The position numbers and the translations under genes were made by a program. DNA of 64,000 bases, taken from contig OZ219753.1 of the NCBI GenBank assembly GCA_964291315.2, positions 480,001 to 544,000 of the forward strand, in the 5' to 3' direction. The stretch comes from Candidatus Poribacteria bacterium. Lineage in GTDB: Bacteria > Poribacteria > WGA-4E > WGA-3G. Under the pieces are notes generated by a model. The model was not told the origin of the DNA. It did no database searches and saw only the letters and a program-made list of their open reading frames with translations. Below, piece after piece: positions 38,834 to 52,600 of this stretch (position 1 is the first letter of the stretch; each line of letters begins with the position of its first letter).

Positions 38834-40138
38834 TTGAAAGTTCAAATTGAAAGGTTAGATGCCACACGAGTTCGACTCAATATAGAGGTTCCATCCGAAG
38901 ATGTTAACAATGCGTTAACGGAAACTTATGAAACGTTGCGAGGAAGAGCTTCTATTCCCGGTTTTCGCAAAGGGCGCGTCCCAATAGCCATCCTTAAGTC
39001 GCGATTTCCAGAATACGTCAACTCAGAAGCTATCCGATATCTCGTTACTCCTGCTTACGAAGACGCAATTAATAGTGAAAAACTTAATCCTATTTCACAA
39101 CCTACTTTCTTACCCTCCCTTAATGAATTGCAGGTCGAGGAAAATAAACCGCTGAGCTTCTCTGCAACCGTGGAGACGCGACCCAATATCCAGCTCCCGA
39201 ATTACGACGAATTGACCATCGATAAAAATCCCGTTGATGTCCCACGAGAGGATGTTGATGCCTATGTTACACGGCTACAAGCACATTCCGCAACCTATGA
39301 ACCCCTCGATGTTGAACGCCCAATTCAAGAAGGCGATTGTGTGCGTATGGATTGGGAATGTCTAATCGACGGCGAACGAATTGAAACCGAATCGCGACAA
39401 GATGCTGACATAGAAATTGGAAACGCGGATATCCACGAAACACTCGAACACGCCTTGATCGGGATGCAAATCGGCGATACAAAATCTGTAGACATTCAAC
39501 TCTCACAAGAACACAGTGATCCTAACCTTGCTGGAAAATCCGCCCGTTATGAAATTATGCCGCATGCTATCACGCAAAAACATCTCCCTGATTTAGATGA
39601 CGAATTCGCAAAAGACCTCGGCTATGAAAATTATTCTCAACTCTACGGAATGATATGGAACAACCTTGTCGAGGAGGAAACGAGTCTGCATGTCGAAAAA
39701 CAAAAATCAGAGCTCCTAAACCAACTCATCGAAAAGACAGATATTCCTATCCCCGAGCCTCTAGTAGAGCAATATGTACAACAAACCCTTCAGACTTTTC
39801 AACAGCAGCTGGCAACCGAAGGTAAAACGCCCGAACAGGCCGGAATTGACCTTAATATACTCCCCGATGAATTGCGGAAAGATGTCATCAAACAAACAAA
39901 ACAGTCATGGATTTTCGAGGCAATAGCCGAAAAAGAAGGTGTTTTCGTAACTGATGACGAACTCGAATACGAAATTCGGCGCGCCGCCGAACGACAAAAC
40001 CGGGACGCTCAAAAATACGCTGCACTGCTCAAATCAAACAATCGATTAGAGGAATTACGGGGGCAGCTACGACATGAAAAAATTTATCAGATCCTGATTC
40101 ACCGCGCTGCTGCTAAACAGGCGCTTGTCATTACCTAA
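38834..40138 (+). CDS. tig: Trigger factor
   Basis: IPGFRKGRVP ribosome-binding motif, FKBP domain and LDDEFAK. A TTG start follows GAGGA. Lies upstream of clpP. Confidence 0.93.
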   Translation: MKVQIERLDATRVRLNIEVPSEDVNNALTETYETLRGRASIPGFRKGRVPIAILKSRFPEYVNSEAIRYLVTPAYEDAINSEKLNPISQPTFLPSLNELQVEENKPLSFSATVETRPNIQLPNYDELTIDKNPVDVPREDVDAYVTRLQAHSATYEPLDVERPIQEGDCVRMDWECLIDGERIETESRQDADIEIGNADIHETLEHALIGMQIGDTKSVDIQLSQEHSDPNLAGKSARYEIMPHAITQKHLPDLDDEFAKDLGYENYSQLYGMIWNNLVEEETSLHVEKQKSELLNQLIEKTDIPIPEPLVEQYVQQTLQTFQQQLATEGKTPEQAGIDLNILPDELRKDVIKQTKQSWIFEAIAEKEGVFVTDDELEYEIRRAAERQNRDAQKYAALLKSNNRLEELRGQLRHEKIYQILIHRAAAKQALVIT

Positions 40139-40159
40139 GGAATAGTTAACCATCGAAAT

Positions 40160-40759
40160 ATGAATTTGATACCTGTCGTCGTTGAACAAACAAGCCGGGG
40201 AGAACGCTCCTATGACATCTATTCTCGCCTACTTGAAGACCGTATCATCATGATCGGGACGCCTATTGACGATGATGCCGTTGCAAACATTGTAACCGCC
40301 CAAATGCTCTTCCTTGAAGGAAAGGACCCGGATGCAGACATTGTGCTCTATATCAACACCCCCGGCGGCTCTGTCTCTGCAGGCCTGGCGATCTACGATA
40401 CAATGCAATACATCAAAGCCGATGTACAAACTTGGTGTTTGGGTAGAGCCTATAGTATGGGCGCTATCTTACTCGCCGCCGGGGCCCCGGGCAAACGCTA
40501 CGCCCTGCCACACGCCAAAGCACTCATCCACCAGCCCATGGCGAGTGGTATTAGCGGGCAAGCCTCTGATATCAGCATTCACGCAAGCGAAATTTTACAC
40601 GAACGCGATCGGCTCTACGCGATTCTAGCAAAACATACCGGACAAAACGTTGAAAAAATCGCTACCGATGCCGACAGAGATTTTTACATGACTGCAGAAC
40701 AAGCACTTGAATACGGATTGGTCGATCAGCTTGTTTCCCAACGCGCAACAGCCGAGTAG
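40160..40759 (+). CDS. clpP: Clp protease proteolytic subunit
   Basis: [27 protein letters not shown] and DRDFYM. Confidence 0.97.
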   Translation: MNLIPVVVEQTSRGERSYDIYSRLLEDRIIMIGTPIDDDAVANIVTAQMLFLEGKDPDADIVLYINTPGGSVSAGLAIYDTMQYIKADVQTWCLGRAYSMGAILLAAGAPGKRYALPHAKALIHQPMASGISGQASDISIHASEILHERDRLYAILAKHTGQNVEKIATDADRDFYMTAEQALEYGLVDQLVSQRATAE

Positions 40760-40899
40760 TTGTCAAGCACCGGGGACCAATTCTGGATTAAAGAAGACAC
40801 TGGTAACAACATGTCCAGCTTTGCAGTCCATCGGAAACGGGGAAGTGTTACCAAGCTCACTATAGCTGGCTACTGACAACTATAAAAGGAGAAACCTGT

Positions 40900-42381
40900 A
40901 TGTCACAATCCATCCGCCGTGAGTTATTTTGTTCTTTCTGTCAACAGGATAGCGCACAAGTCCGACGCCTCTTTCAAGGCAGAGAAGCGAATATTTGCGT
41001 TGAATGTATTGTTCGACTCTCAGCGTCCACCGCCCAAGACGCTACCTGCGCTTTTTGTCAACGCAACAATACACTAGTCGAAAGACTCTTTAACGGCATT
41101 GACGCGAATATCTGTGACAAGTGTCTTGCTGAATGTCTTGCTGTCTGTAAGGACATTCTTGGACAACAACCGGAGAACAGTCTTGACGTGTTAACAGAAG
41201 AAGCCCCTCAAGAGAACCAAGAACTTCACACAAGACAACTAGCACAAACACAAGCCGAAAGCATAACGGCCTCCCAAGCACAAACGCAATATGAAACACC
41301 CGCAAAACCGCCTTCACCCGAAGAGATAAAAGCAAAACTTGATGAATACGTGATAGGTCAAGAAGAAGCAAAGAAAAACTTATCTGTTGCTGTTTATAAC
41401 TCCTATAAGCGATTACACCACGACGAAACAACAGACGACATCGAATTAGACAAAAGCAATATCTTACTCATAGGCCCAACAGGTACTGGAAAAACGCTAC
41501 TCGCTCAAACACTCGCTAAGGTCTTGGATGTTCCATTCGCTATTGCTGACGCAACGACACTGACCGAAGCTGGCTATGTCGGTGAAGATGTTGAAAATAT
41601 CATATTGAAGTTGGTACAGGCAGCCGATGGCGATGTTGCACGCGCTGAAACTGGTATCATCTATATTGATGAAATTGATAAGATTACACGAAAATCCGAA
41701 AACCCATCTATTACTCGAGATGTCTCCGGCGAAGGAGTCCAACAAGCACTGCTTAAAATCCTTGAAGGAACAACAGCAAGTGTTCCGCCCCATGGTGGTA
41801 GAAAGCATCCTCACCAAGAGATGATTGAGGTAAATACCAACAAAGTCTTGTTTATCTGCGGAGGAACCTTTATTGGTCTGGAGAAAGCTATTAAGGATAG
41901 ACTTGGGAAACAGAGCATCGGCTTTGGGACTACCATACAATCCAAGAATGAAACCAAAATTCATGAGATTATCGCACAAGTAACACCGAAAGATCTCATT
42001 AAATATGGATTTATACCGGAACTGATTGGACGACTCCCTATTGTTACAACCTTGCATGAATTAGATGCACCAGCGTTAATTCGTATCCTCACAGAGCCGA
42101 AGAACGCACTCGTCAAACAATACCGTCAGCTCTTAGCTTACGAAGGAGTCGAATTCCATGTAACCGAAGCTGCATTAACGGCCATCGCCGATGAGGTGAT
42201 TGAGCGAGAAACCGGGGCCCGGGGGTTAAGAGCTATTTTTGAGAAAATTATGCTCGATACCCTCTATCGACTCCCGTCACTCGAAAATGTTGAGGCATGT
42301 CATATTACAGAGGACGTTGTTCGCAAGAGTGAACCGCCGCAACTCATCTACAGAAAATCCGAAGAACTTAAAACCGCTTAA
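40900..42381 (+). CDS. clpX: ClpX ATPase with a duplicated N-terminal zinc-binding domain
   Basis: [26 protein letters not shown] and the IGF loop. Two CxxC...CxxC domains at the N-terminus. Confidence 0.95.
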   Translation: MSQSIRRELFCSFCQQDSAQVRRLFQGREANICVECIVRLSASTAQDATCAFCQRNNTLVERLFNGIDANICDKCLAECLAVCKDILGQQPENSLDVLTEEAPQENQELHTRQLAQTQAESITASQAQTQYETPAKPPSPEEIKAKLDEYVIGQEEAKKNLSVAVYNSYKRLHHDETTDDIELDKSNILLIGPTGTGKTLLAQTLAKVLDVPFAIADATTLTEAGYVGEDVENIILKLVQAADGDVARAETGIIYIDEIDKITRKSENPSITRDVSGEGVQQALLKILEGTTASVPPHGGRKHPHQEMIEVNTNKVLFICGGTFIGLEKAIKDRLGKQSIGFGTTIQSKNETKIHEIIAQVTPKDLIKYGFIPELIGRLPIVTTLHELDAPALIRILTEPKNALVKQYRQLLAYEGVEFHVTEAALTAIADEVIERETGARGLRAIFEKIMLDTLYRLPSLENVEACHITEDVVRKSEPPQLIYRKSEELKTA

Positions 42382-42497
42382 TAGATGCCATATCTCGGTT
42401 TTCGGTTAAAGAGCAAGTAAAGATAGAAAAAACGTTCACAAGCACCACAACGGGTGACCGACAGCTGACAACCGATAACTATGAGAGGACAAAAATC

Positions 42498-44939
42498 ATG
42501 CATTCGACAGCAACGAAAGAATATGAAACGGTAAGTTTACCTGTTATCTATCTGCCTTCCGATTTTAACGCGATCTTTCCGAGGAGAAGATCTCTCCTAA
42601 ATGTCGCTCGCAAGATGGGGGTCGCAGCAACACGTGATGCACTCCAATCACAGTCCGATATATTCCTCCTCCATCAAAAAGTAGAATTAGAGGATGGACA
42701 AGAAGCAGCTCCTGAAGACCTCCATACAATCGGTACTGTTGCAAATATTATCGAATCTTATGAACCCGGCGACGGCACTATCCGTATCGCCGTTCTATTA
42801 CAACAACGCGCCATTGTCCTCCGTTACACGCAAATAAAGGAATTTTTGAAAGCCGACGTGCAGATTGTTCATGAGGAAATCGGCTTAGCTAATACTGCCA
42901 AACCTCTCATGAGAGAAGCCAGGGAGCTTTTCAGGAATTACGCAAAAATTCGACAGAAAGACGAAGCACAAGACTCACAATCCCACGTTCTGACCTCCGA
43001 AGATGTCAAACGCGCTATTACAGAGCAGGAAGAACCCGGACACCTCGCCGATACCATCGCCGGACTTATCAATCTCAAACCATTCGAACGGCAAGCTGTT
43101 CTTGATGAACTTAACCCCATTAAGCGGCTTCAGCTCGTCATCCAATACCTAAAGGAAGCTCTAGAACGTGGCGAATTGCGCGACGATATCCACAACCAGG
43201 TCCGTGAATCTATTCAAAAAACACACCGCGAATTTTACCTACAAGAGCAGATGAAGGTAATACAGAAAGAACTCGGGCGCGACGACATCGCAGAAGTCGA
43301 TGAGCTTCGAGAACAGGTGAAAAACGCCGGAATGTCTGAAGAAGCCGAAGAAAAAGCTCTCAAAGAACTCGAACGACTTTCACAGATCCCACCACAATCT
43401 GCTGAATCCGGTGTTATTCGTACCTATGTCGATTGGATACTCGACCTACCCTGGAAAGAGAGTACTGAGCATCAACTCCATCTGCCTGAGGCTGAACGGA
43501 TTCTTGACGAGGACCACTACAGTTTAGAAAAACCCAAGGAAAACATCCTCGAATATCTCGCCGTTCTGCAGCTCGTCAAACATCTAAAAGGTCCTATTGT
43601 TTGCCTCGTCGGGCCCCCAGGTGTCGGCAAAACTTCGCTAGGAAAATCAATCGCCCGCGCAACCGGGAGAAAATTTGTTAGAATGTCGCTCGGCGGTGTC
43701 CGAGATGAAGCGGAAATCCGAGGGCATAGACGCACTTATATCGGCGCAATTCCCGGCAGAATTATCCAAGGGCTCCGGGATGTCAAGTCAAAAAATCCCC
43801 TCTTCCTGCTTGACGAAATTGATAAACTCAGCTCCGATTTCCGCGGAGATCCCGCCTCAGCACTCCTCGAAGTCCTTGACCCGGAACAGAACGCAACCTT
43901 CCGAGACCATTACATGGATATCGCTTTCGATCTTTCTGATGTGATGTTTATCACAACCGCTAACACCCGGGTTACTATCCCACCTCCACTTCAGGACCGA
44001 ATGGAAATTATCGATCTACCAGGTTATACCGATTTCGAGAAGCACAAAATCGCTACCTTTACGCCCAAGGGACTTATCCCAAAACAACTAGAACGTCACG
44101 GATTGTCATCCGAGCAGATTACTTTCACTGACGAAGCCATTTTTGAGATGATCCACAAATACACACGCGAGGCCGGGGTACGAAATCTCGAAAGGACCGT
44201 CACCACCGTCATGCGGAAGGTCGCAAAAGAAATTGTCACCGAAGAAAAACCTGACATTAAGGTTGAAGTCACTACAGCAAATTTGAGCGACTATCTCGGC
44301 CCCCCTAAATGGACGCGCACAAAAGCTGAAGAGAATGACGAAGTCGGAGTCGCAACAGGACTCGTGTGGACCCAGATTGGAGGCGATATCGTCTCCGTCG
44401 AAGCCACAACAATGCCTGGGGAAGGAAAACTCAATATGACAGGGCAGCTCCAAGAAGTAATGCGCGAGTCAGTCCAGGCAGCAGTCGCCTATATCCGATC
44501 CCGCGCAGAATCCTTTGGCATATCTGAAAAGATGTTCGAAAAACAGGACATTCATATCCACATCCCCGAGGGGGCGGTCCCAAAAGATGGACCCTCCGCC
44601 GGTATTACAGTTGCTACCGCCATACTTTCCGCCTTGACAGGAAAATCTGTCCGGAAAGATGTTGCTATGACCGGTGAGATTACGCTTCGCGGCAGAGTGC
44701 TGCCAATCGGAGGCCTAAAAGAGAAAGCACTAGCTGCCTACCGCAACGGTATTTTCGACATCATCATTCCTAGCGATAATGAAAAAGATGAAGTCGACGT
44801 CCCAAACGAAATTCGCGAGGAAATCCGTTTCCACAAAGTCGATGATATGACACAGGTGCTAGACCACGCACTTAGGGAGCCCATCATAACCGAAGTCCCC
44901 ATAGAAAAAATGCCTGTCGCCTCCGAATCATCAGTTTGA
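42498..44939 (+). CDS. lon: Lon protease
   Basis: [28 protein letters not shown] and GGLKEK. Confidence 0.97.
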   Translation: MHSTATKEYETVSLPVIYLPSDFNAIFPRRRSLLNVARKMGVAATRDALQSQSDIFLLHQKVELEDGQEAAPEDLHTIGTVANIIESYEPGDGTIRIAVLLQQRAIVLRYTQIKEFLKADVQIVHEEIGLANTAKPLMREARELFRNYAKIRQKDEAQDSQSHVLTSEDVKRAITEQEEPGHLADTIAGLINLKPFERQAVLDELNPIKRLQLVIQYLKEALERGELRDDIHNQVRESIQKTHREFYLQEQMKVIQKELGRDDIAEVDELREQVKNAGMSEEAEEKALKELERLSQIPPQSAESGVIRTYVDWILDLPWKESTEHQLHLPEAERILDEDHYSLEKPKENILEYLAVLQLVKHLKGPIVCLVGPPGVGKTSLGKSIARATGRKFVRMSLGGVRDEAEIRGHRRTYIGAIPGRIIQGLRDVKSKNPLFLLDEIDKLSSDFRGDPASALLEVLDPEQNATFRDHYMDIAFDLSDVMFITTANTRVTIPPPLQDRMEIIDLPGYTDFEKHKIATFTPKGLIPKQLERHGLSSEQITFTDEAIFEMIHKYTREAGVRNLERTVTTVMRKVAKEIVTEEKPDIKVEVTTANLSDYLGPPKWTRTKAEENDEVGVATGLVWTQIGGDIVSVEATTMPGEGKLNMTGQLQEVMRESVQAAVAYIRSRAESFGISEKMFEKQDIHIHIPEGAVPKDGPSAGITVATAILSALTGKSVRKDVAMTGEITLRGRVLPIGGLKEKALAAYRNGIFDIIIPSDNEKDEVDVPNEIREEIRFHKVDDMTQVLDHALREPIITEVPIEKMPVASESSV

Positions 44940-45032
44940 TATTTATCAGTTGTTATTTATCAGCTCTTGTGACAATTGACAACATGTGTAACTACCATAT
45001 CTGTTGCTGACAGCCAGCAGCGAATAAAAAAA

Positions 45033-45320
45033 ATGCGATTAGACAAATTTTTACAACTGAGCCGTCTTGTGAAACGACGGACAGTTGCTAATACTCTCTG
45101 CAGTCGAGGAGAAGTTAGTGTCAACGGGCACATCGCAAAAGCCGGAAAAATGCTTGCTATCGGTGATGTGATTCGATTGCCAGGGCCCCCATCTGCCCAT
45201 CAGGACAAGGACTCGGATGAGGAAAGTGCGCCTGAGCTTGAGTATGAGGTTCTCGAACTCCCATCGGGGAACGTTTCACGCGCCCGCGCCACAACACTCT
45301 ATCGTCTAATAAAACCGTAA
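45033..45320 (+). CDS. S4-domain RNA-binding protein (RqcP/YabO/Hsp15-like)
   Basis: MRLDKFL..SRLVKRRTVA...G.V.VNG..AK. Confidence 0.85.
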   Translation: MRLDKFLQLSRLVKRRTVANTLCSRGEVSVNGHIAKAGKMLAIGDVIRLPGPPSAHQDKDSDEESAPELEYEVLELPSGNVSRARATTLYRLIKP

Positions 45321-45441
45321 ACCTTATCTCTTGATCGGGGCCAAGGTAATCACCTGGAGGGCCTAACCTTTATTCGGAAAAGGCATTCCCGGCTAGCTAC
45401 CGGCGAGAACACCACGTTCGATCAACGGAGAGAAACTTGTA

Positions 45442-46593
45442 ATGAACCGCGAAAATGCCCAAAGCCGCCGCAAACCAACACAAACTCTACCAACATACGT
45501 GTCGTCCAATGTAACGAAACCAAGGAAACCAAGGATTGGTATAACGATGGGCGATGCAGCCGGCATTGGGCCTGAGATCATTGTCAAGGCGCTTGCGCAT
45601 GAAAGTATATATTCAGTATGCCAACCGATAGTTATCGGTAGCCCAGATATCCTTGAAAAAGCGGCTCTCCAATTTACGCCGCCCTATATACCACGACTAA
45701 AGCTCAATATTATCAATTCACCAGCCCAAGCACTTGCAGTACACGGCACAATTGATGTTTTGAGTGTCAGTTCGCTATCTCCACATAATATTTCCATAGG
45801 CACCGTAAGTGTCCGCGCAGGCCGAGCTGCTGTCAACGCAATTGAAACAGCAACACATCTTGCTATGCAGGGCGACATTGACGCGATTACAACCGCACCA
45901 ATCTGCAAAGCTGCTATACATCGCGCCGGGTCCCCTTATCCCGGGCACACTGAAATGATTGCTGCTCTCACCAATACCTCTAGCGTAGTGATGATGCTTT
46001 GCACGACTGAAACACTGAAGTCTAACGCTGCTTTGAAAGCGACAAATTGCCCCAATCTTTCTGATAACAGAGCCGCTTTTGCTGTGTCTTTCGTGACAAA
46101 TCACGTCGCACTCGCTGACATACCGAAACATTTGTCCGTACAAAGAATAGTGGATGTCCTCTGCCTCACCCGGCAAGTGCTCATTCGAAGCGGTATCTCT
46201 GAACCAAGACTCGTTGCCGCTGGGCTGAATCCACACGCAGGTGAAGAAGGAATGTTCGGGAAAGAGGAAAAACACCTCATCTCTCCAGCTATTGCCCAGG
46301 TGCAAGCCCAAGCTCACGCCGGCATAATAGATGGTCCCCTTCCTGCAGATTCCCTTTTTGTCAAGGCAATCCAAGGGAAGTGGCACGCCGTTATCGCTAT
46401 GTATCATGATCAGGGAAATATTCCGATAAAACTCTTGCGATTCGGTGAACTTGTGAACGTCACCTTAGGTCTACCGATAATCCGTACTAGCGTTGATCAC
46501 GGCACCGCTTTTGACATAGCGGGCAAAGGGATCGCCAGCGAAACGAGTTTAATAGCGGCACTAAAATGCGCCTCACAACTCACACAGACGTAG
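45442..46593 (+). CDS. pdxA: 4-hydroxythreonine-4-phosphate dehydrogenase
   Basis: TMGDAAGIGPE, GHTE, LNPHAGE, MYHDQG and RTSVDHGTAFDIAG. Confidence 0.92.
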   Translation: MNRENAQSRRKPTQTLPTYVSSNVTKPRKPRIGITMGDAAGIGPEIIVKALAHESIYSVCQPIVIGSPDILEKAALQFTPPYIPRLKLNIINSPAQALAVHGTIDVLSVSSLSPHNISIGTVSVRAGRAAVNAIETATHLAMQGDIDAITTAPICKAAIHRAGSPYPGHTEMIAALTNTSSVVMMLCTTETLKSNAALKATNCPNLSDNRAAFAVSFVTNHVALADIPKHLSVQRIVDVLCLTRQVLIRSGISEPRLVAAGLNPHAGEEGMFGKEEKHLISPAIAQVQAQAHAGIIDGPLPADSLFVKAIQGKWHAVIAMYHDQGNIPIKLLRFGELVNVTLGLPIIRTSVDHGTAFDIAGKGIASETSLIAALKCASQLTQT

Positions 46594-46611
46594 GTGCACA
46601 TCTCAAGACCG

Positions 46612-49600
46612 ATGAAAAAATCTGCTATCTTTTCTTTTATAGTCCTCATCTGCTGTACTATCCCAACAATGGTTTCTGTAGCCCAGACGCAGCAGAACTC
46701 ACCACTGCAAATTTTTTCAACCACGGCAGATACTCTCACGGCACGTTTCAAATTGCCCGAACTTCGAGTAGGAAACGGCGCTTATGCTGTTGATGAAGAT
46801 GCTCCCGACACAGTAACCCGAATTTATTTTGCAGGTGCAGATTGGACGCTAGACGTAGGTAAACCTCGACTCCCTGTCTACGTACGGCGTATCGGGATTC
46901 CTGTCGTCGGGATTCCTGTCGTTACCATTATTCAGGCACGTTCTGAAGTAAAAAGCGTCAAAAACGTTCCTATTACACCGGATGACCCGATTTTCCCAGC
47001 CTTAACCCCGCTGCGCCGGGAACCACGAGGATTTTATCCTACAAAGCTGGTCGAAGTTGTTCCGATCGGTTTTGTCCGCGATCAGCGCATCGCGAGTCTG
47101 CAGATCAATCCGGTACGATATAACGCCACAACAAAGCAATTAAAAATCTACTCATCTGTTACCTTCCGCATTGAGTTTCCAGGTGCAGCAACCACTAAGC
47201 AGCAAAACCGGATGCCAACCACCACTTTCGCGCCGGCCGTCTTCGCACCTTTCCGTTCTGCTGTCTTTGAGAACCTGTTCCAAGGAACACTGCAAAATTA
47301 TGAGCAGGCAAGATCGTGGCGAAACCAGCGACGCGGCTATAGCGACACGCCTAGAAATAGCATCGCTAGGGCCCCAACATTAGCGGTTTCTGAAGCTTAC
47401 AGATTTAAAATTCCAGTTATCAGGACAGATCTCTATCGCATCACTTACAACAACATTAAGGTTGCTGCTAGTATTGAACCGGAAAATATTGATTTGGACA
47501 CCCTTCAGCTGGAAAATGGCGGACAAAAACAGGGCGTTTACATTTTTGATGAAAATGAAAACAATATATTTGAGATGGGCGAACAAATCATTTTCTATGG
47601 ACGCGCCTTAGCAGACAACAAATTTACCGAGGAAAACGTCTACTGGCTCCGCTTTGCTTTGCGTGGAGAACCTGCCATGGGCGGACTAGAATCCTCTCGT
47701 GTGGCAACGCGGGACGCTACACCCCGCTCCGAAAACTTAGTAACACCGACCGCTTTTTTAACACGAGCCCGCTTTGAAAAAAACATACATCACGATGCGT
47801 TAGCCGGTACCTCTGTTAAGTCCGAGCTTGCCGATCACTACTTTTGGAGTGCTTTTCGTGGCGGGAACGTCCAATCGAGTCGCAAGGATTTTCCTATAGA
47901 GCTGCCGAGGGCAGTCCCACGCCTCAAGATTGATCGCAACGCAACCCTACGCATCAAATTTCAAGGGGCTTCCCGCAGAGGAGCAGCACTCCACCGAGCG
48001 CGAATCACTTTCAATGGACTACAACTCGGCAGGATCGAGGAATGGAAACGGCAAGTTTCACAAATTGCTACCCGTGGCATTCCACAAGCGCGCATCCACC
48101 ACAATCAGGTCAATTTCATGCGCATCGACGCTCTTGATGATAATAAAACCGCCCCAGGATCCTACGATTTCTACCTTGATTGGTATGAACTCGATTATTG
48201 GCGCAGCTTTCAGGCAAACGCTAACCGTCTTGAATTCAATACGAATACCGAACCTCCCAACCGGGGGCAAGTCCAATACCGCATCGAAAATTTTTTTACC
48301 GAAGCCATTGACGTATACCAGCTCAATGCAAAAGGTATTGTAAATAAACTTGTTGGTGGGGAAGTCTCACAGACTGGCGCAAGTTACCAAATTCTCTTCG
48401 AAGACACCATCGACCAGCATACGCGCTATTTTGTCATAAGCCGCACCGCGTATCGGAGTATCAATGCCCTCATTCCGGCACCGCCTACCACACTTCGCAA
48501 TCCCGCCAACCAGGCCGACTATGTCGTTATAACACATCCAACCTTTACCGAGAGCATACAGCCTCTCGTTAAATTCCGACGTTCGCAGGGCCTGACAGCC
48601 CTGGTAGTCGACATCGAGGACATCTACGATGAGTTTAGTGATGGCCTCTTTAACCCGCTTGCAATTCAAAAATTCCTTCGATATACCTATAACAATTGGC
48701 AAGAACCTGTACCGACTTATGTTGTCCTCGTCGGGGATGCGCACTACGATTACAAGTTTGCTACCGTTGAACGCTACCGTGAAGACCCAAACTTCCAAGG
48801 GGTTTATAATCTGTATCCTATCTTCGTACCAACGTTCCACGGTTGGGCACCTGAAAGTGGGGAGACTGCTATGGACCAGCGCTTTGTCAACGTTAGTGGT
48901 GAAGACCCACTGCCAGATATGCTTATTGGAAGACTTTCTGTCCAGACTCCTAGTGAACTCGTAACTATGGTTGAGAAAATTATCAACTATGAAAAGAATC
49001 TCAAAACTGGACTATGGCAAGGAACTCTCATTCAGGTAGCTGATGACAACACGGACAACCCTGGTGATGGACTCTTTGAAATATCGCGCGACAGACTCAT
49101 TGCAGATATTATACCTGTCGGCTACGATACCCGCCAAATCTATCTCCGAAAAATTGAAAGCCCCGAACTCACACGCCTCCAAATCCGTGATGCTCTTAAC
49201 CAAGGCGCACTCGCGATTGAATACACAGGACACGGGGGGATCCAGACCTGGTCGGATGAAGCTATCTTTCGAAGTGAGGATGTCATCGGTTTGCGGAACC
49301 GATACCTGCCTTTTGTTATAACGACAACTTGTCTCAATGGACAATTTGATAAACCGCAGCAGGTCGGAAACTTCTGTCTCAGTGAGCAATTTCTATTAGG
49401 TGAATATGGTGCTATCGCAGCACTCTCAGCCACTCGGTTAACCTACGGGACAGCAAACGCGGCGTTTGACAACGACCTCTTTGAATCTTTATTCGGAATC
49501 GGGCGCGCCGGAAACTTGGAAACACGATTTCAATCGACCGGAACTTCACAGACGGTCGGACATATTGTTGCTAACGCCAAAATTAGTTTTCTCACTCGGA

Positions 49601-52600
49601 TCCGAAACACGCAATGGATTCCAGGCACAGAACAATATACCCTCTTTGGCGATCCTGCATCCCGACTCGCGATCCCAGAACTTCATGTAAAGGTTGAACT
49701 AGAGCGCATCGCACTCAACAACACCCACGAAATCGTCATCAAAGCGAACGAAGTCGGAACAATTGAAAATTTGGGAGCCGGACACACAACGGATCCAGTC
49801 TTCAAACGTGCAACCGACTTTAGTACAGAGGCCCTCTCTGCTTTCGCTACCTTTGCAAATAATTTTGACGATAACATCAGGAATGAACTAACGCGCCGTA
49901 CAGGAGGCAGAATTTGGCAAGGTGAATATGGAACAATCCGAATTGATGTACCGGATAGCGCACTGCCCGGCCCGGGCAGTGCAAGAATCTTCGCCTTTGA
50001 CGACACTCGTGCCGCTATCGGCGGCACCCGATTCTGGGTTGATACCCCCGTTGTACATGACATCCGAGAAACACTCGATATTAAAGTCACTGATACCCTT
50101 AATATCGCAGCCCTTGTTGTTGATGACCTTGGACCCGCAGGTATACGGAGCATTAAGGTCTTATGGGATAACACTGCTACCTTCAAAGACCAAATAGCAC
50201 TTATGGTTAAAGCACCTGCACCGCTCGGCGAAGTACCACAGGGCGGACAGTGGTATCAACTCCAAACACCTATTCCTGTGCCACAAGACGGACGACAGAT
50301 CCGCTACCGAATCCTTATCACCGATAGTAACGGACACGAAATTGCCGTTCCTTCAAAACTAGAACGCAACATCGTTAAAATCCCCGAAGGTCCCAATATC
50401 GCAATCGGTACAGAGAAAAACGACAAGCCACCTATCCGCTACGAATTTGATGAGGCAGAAGAGGGGTACCAACTCGTCGCAGAAATCGTCAATAGCGGTG
50501 GACGACCTGTCCGATCGGATATTGAGGTCGTGTTCGCTGAAGGAAACCCTGATAGCGAAGCGGATAGCATAATTGACGAAGACGCTAATATCTTAGGCCG
50601 ATTAACCGTCAAAACCACTGATTGGATAGATGGCACTCATGTCCTGCAACGTATAAGTACGACGCTCTACCTTGATAAACCCCTCGGAGCAGGCGTACAC
50701 AAAATCTATGTCTTCGCGGATCCGGATGACCCGGGAATCGATGACAAAATTCTCGGAAACGTTCAGGAATCGCGCCAGTTTGATAACAAGCAGCACATCT
50801 CTTTTATCGTCAATGAATTTAGTTATAAGCCACAGGAGGAATTAACGGCGTTCAGTCTGGATAGAGTGTTTGATATCCATTTGCCGGCAAATGCCCTCAA
50901 TGTGAGGCAACAAAGTAGAGGAGGGATTCCGCTCTCTGTATCTTCACAGACACCTACCGAGCCATTCCAACCAGATCTCCAATTCGCGCCTATTCCCCGC
51001 GTCGCTGCACTCCGACAAGGACTCATCCGACAAGGAACAGAGGTTGCACAATACTATCAACCCATCTTCCGGAACGGGGTAACAGAACTCGCTAAACCCG
51101 CTAAAGTCAAACTCCGTTTTGATGTCAGCGCCTTGGAAGATACTGTGCGCGAGGAGACAGCCCTCCAACCTGACAGCCCGGCATTTAAAACCGCGTTGAT
51201 AGAAATTGCGAAGCAGATGGCAATCTATGCATGGCAAGCAGACTTCTCGGCATGGCGGCGCCTCTCATCGCAAATTAACTATAACTCCGAAGCAGATTTT
51301 TTGCTCGAGAACTATGTCACACCAACGCAGATGGAAAATGCAAGCCAACAGGAATTAGCAGAATCCGACATCACTATTAATCCAAATCTGACACCTGCTG
51401 GAACCTGGGCACTAATTTTTTTAGATGCCGCTGAATACGAAGTGTTTCTCCAACGAAAAGGGGAAACAACCGTTCAGAAACTAGATCAGTCAGGACAATT
51501 GGATAACACGTTCAGGGAGGAAGGCTTCGGGTTAGAGATACAGATCCCGAGGCTAGAGAGCACGCCGCTAGGGGTTAATTACACCTTTGAATTTGCGGAT
51601 GTCCTCGTTTTTGAAACTGACTATAACCCCGGAGGCGATGTCGTCCTCACTCGCACTTGGCGGGCAAACACCGGGAACGGCAAAGCAACAGTCAGCAGCA
51701 GACGCGGGCCCAAAGCGGAATTCGCCATAGGCGATTGGTTTATTTTTTTTACACAACCTGAACGTTATGAACTCCGTGATGTCTCTGGCGAACCTATTCA
51801 CTATCCTAACGGTGTTAAAGTCCGAGGCAAAGTGAACGAACCAATTTACCTCAGTCACCTCGGTTTGGAAATTCTCGTCACCGCAAGCTCTGAAACCTTC
51901 GCGTTTGGCGATAAAATTAAATTTAGCAGCACTCAAGTTGGAACAATTACAGCAGAAGTCAATGAACTTACACACTTCAGCCTCATGCGTAGCACGGATA
52001 TCGAACCCCCCGCGCTTAGCCTGTGGTTAGATGGAATTCGACCGCAAACAGGAAGTGTGATTCCACCGCGGCCTACCTTCTCTATTGTCTTGGAAGATAT
52101 CAACGGCGTTGATCTGAAATCCTTTACTTTTGAAAAGAGAAAGGACGGCGGTCGTTTTGAGACCATCACCGACTATAAAATTCGAGTACAAGGAAAAGCG
52201 CAAACCGTACCAATCGATTACCAGCCAATACTCTTCCCTGGCGAATACACATTTAACGTCACAGCACAAGACTTCAACGGAAACGCTATTGGCGGAGACG
52301 AAAAAGTCGCTAGTTACCGATTTTTTGTCATCGACACCCCTGACCTCAAGCCACCCACTATTGATATCCAAGTGATTGCACTCGTTACAGGTTCAGCACG
52401 CGAACCAACCGGTGAACCGTTGACAGAGGGCGCAGTACTCAGAGAACAACCACGCTTTAAGATTACACTCACCGATGATAGCGCACTTGATGAAACCTCG
52501 TTCAATCTCAATTTTGGACATTTGCACGAACTGATTGAACCGTTGGACGCGATCAATTATACTAAAATTTTTGACCCTGCCGCTCCTGCCCAAGCCTCTA

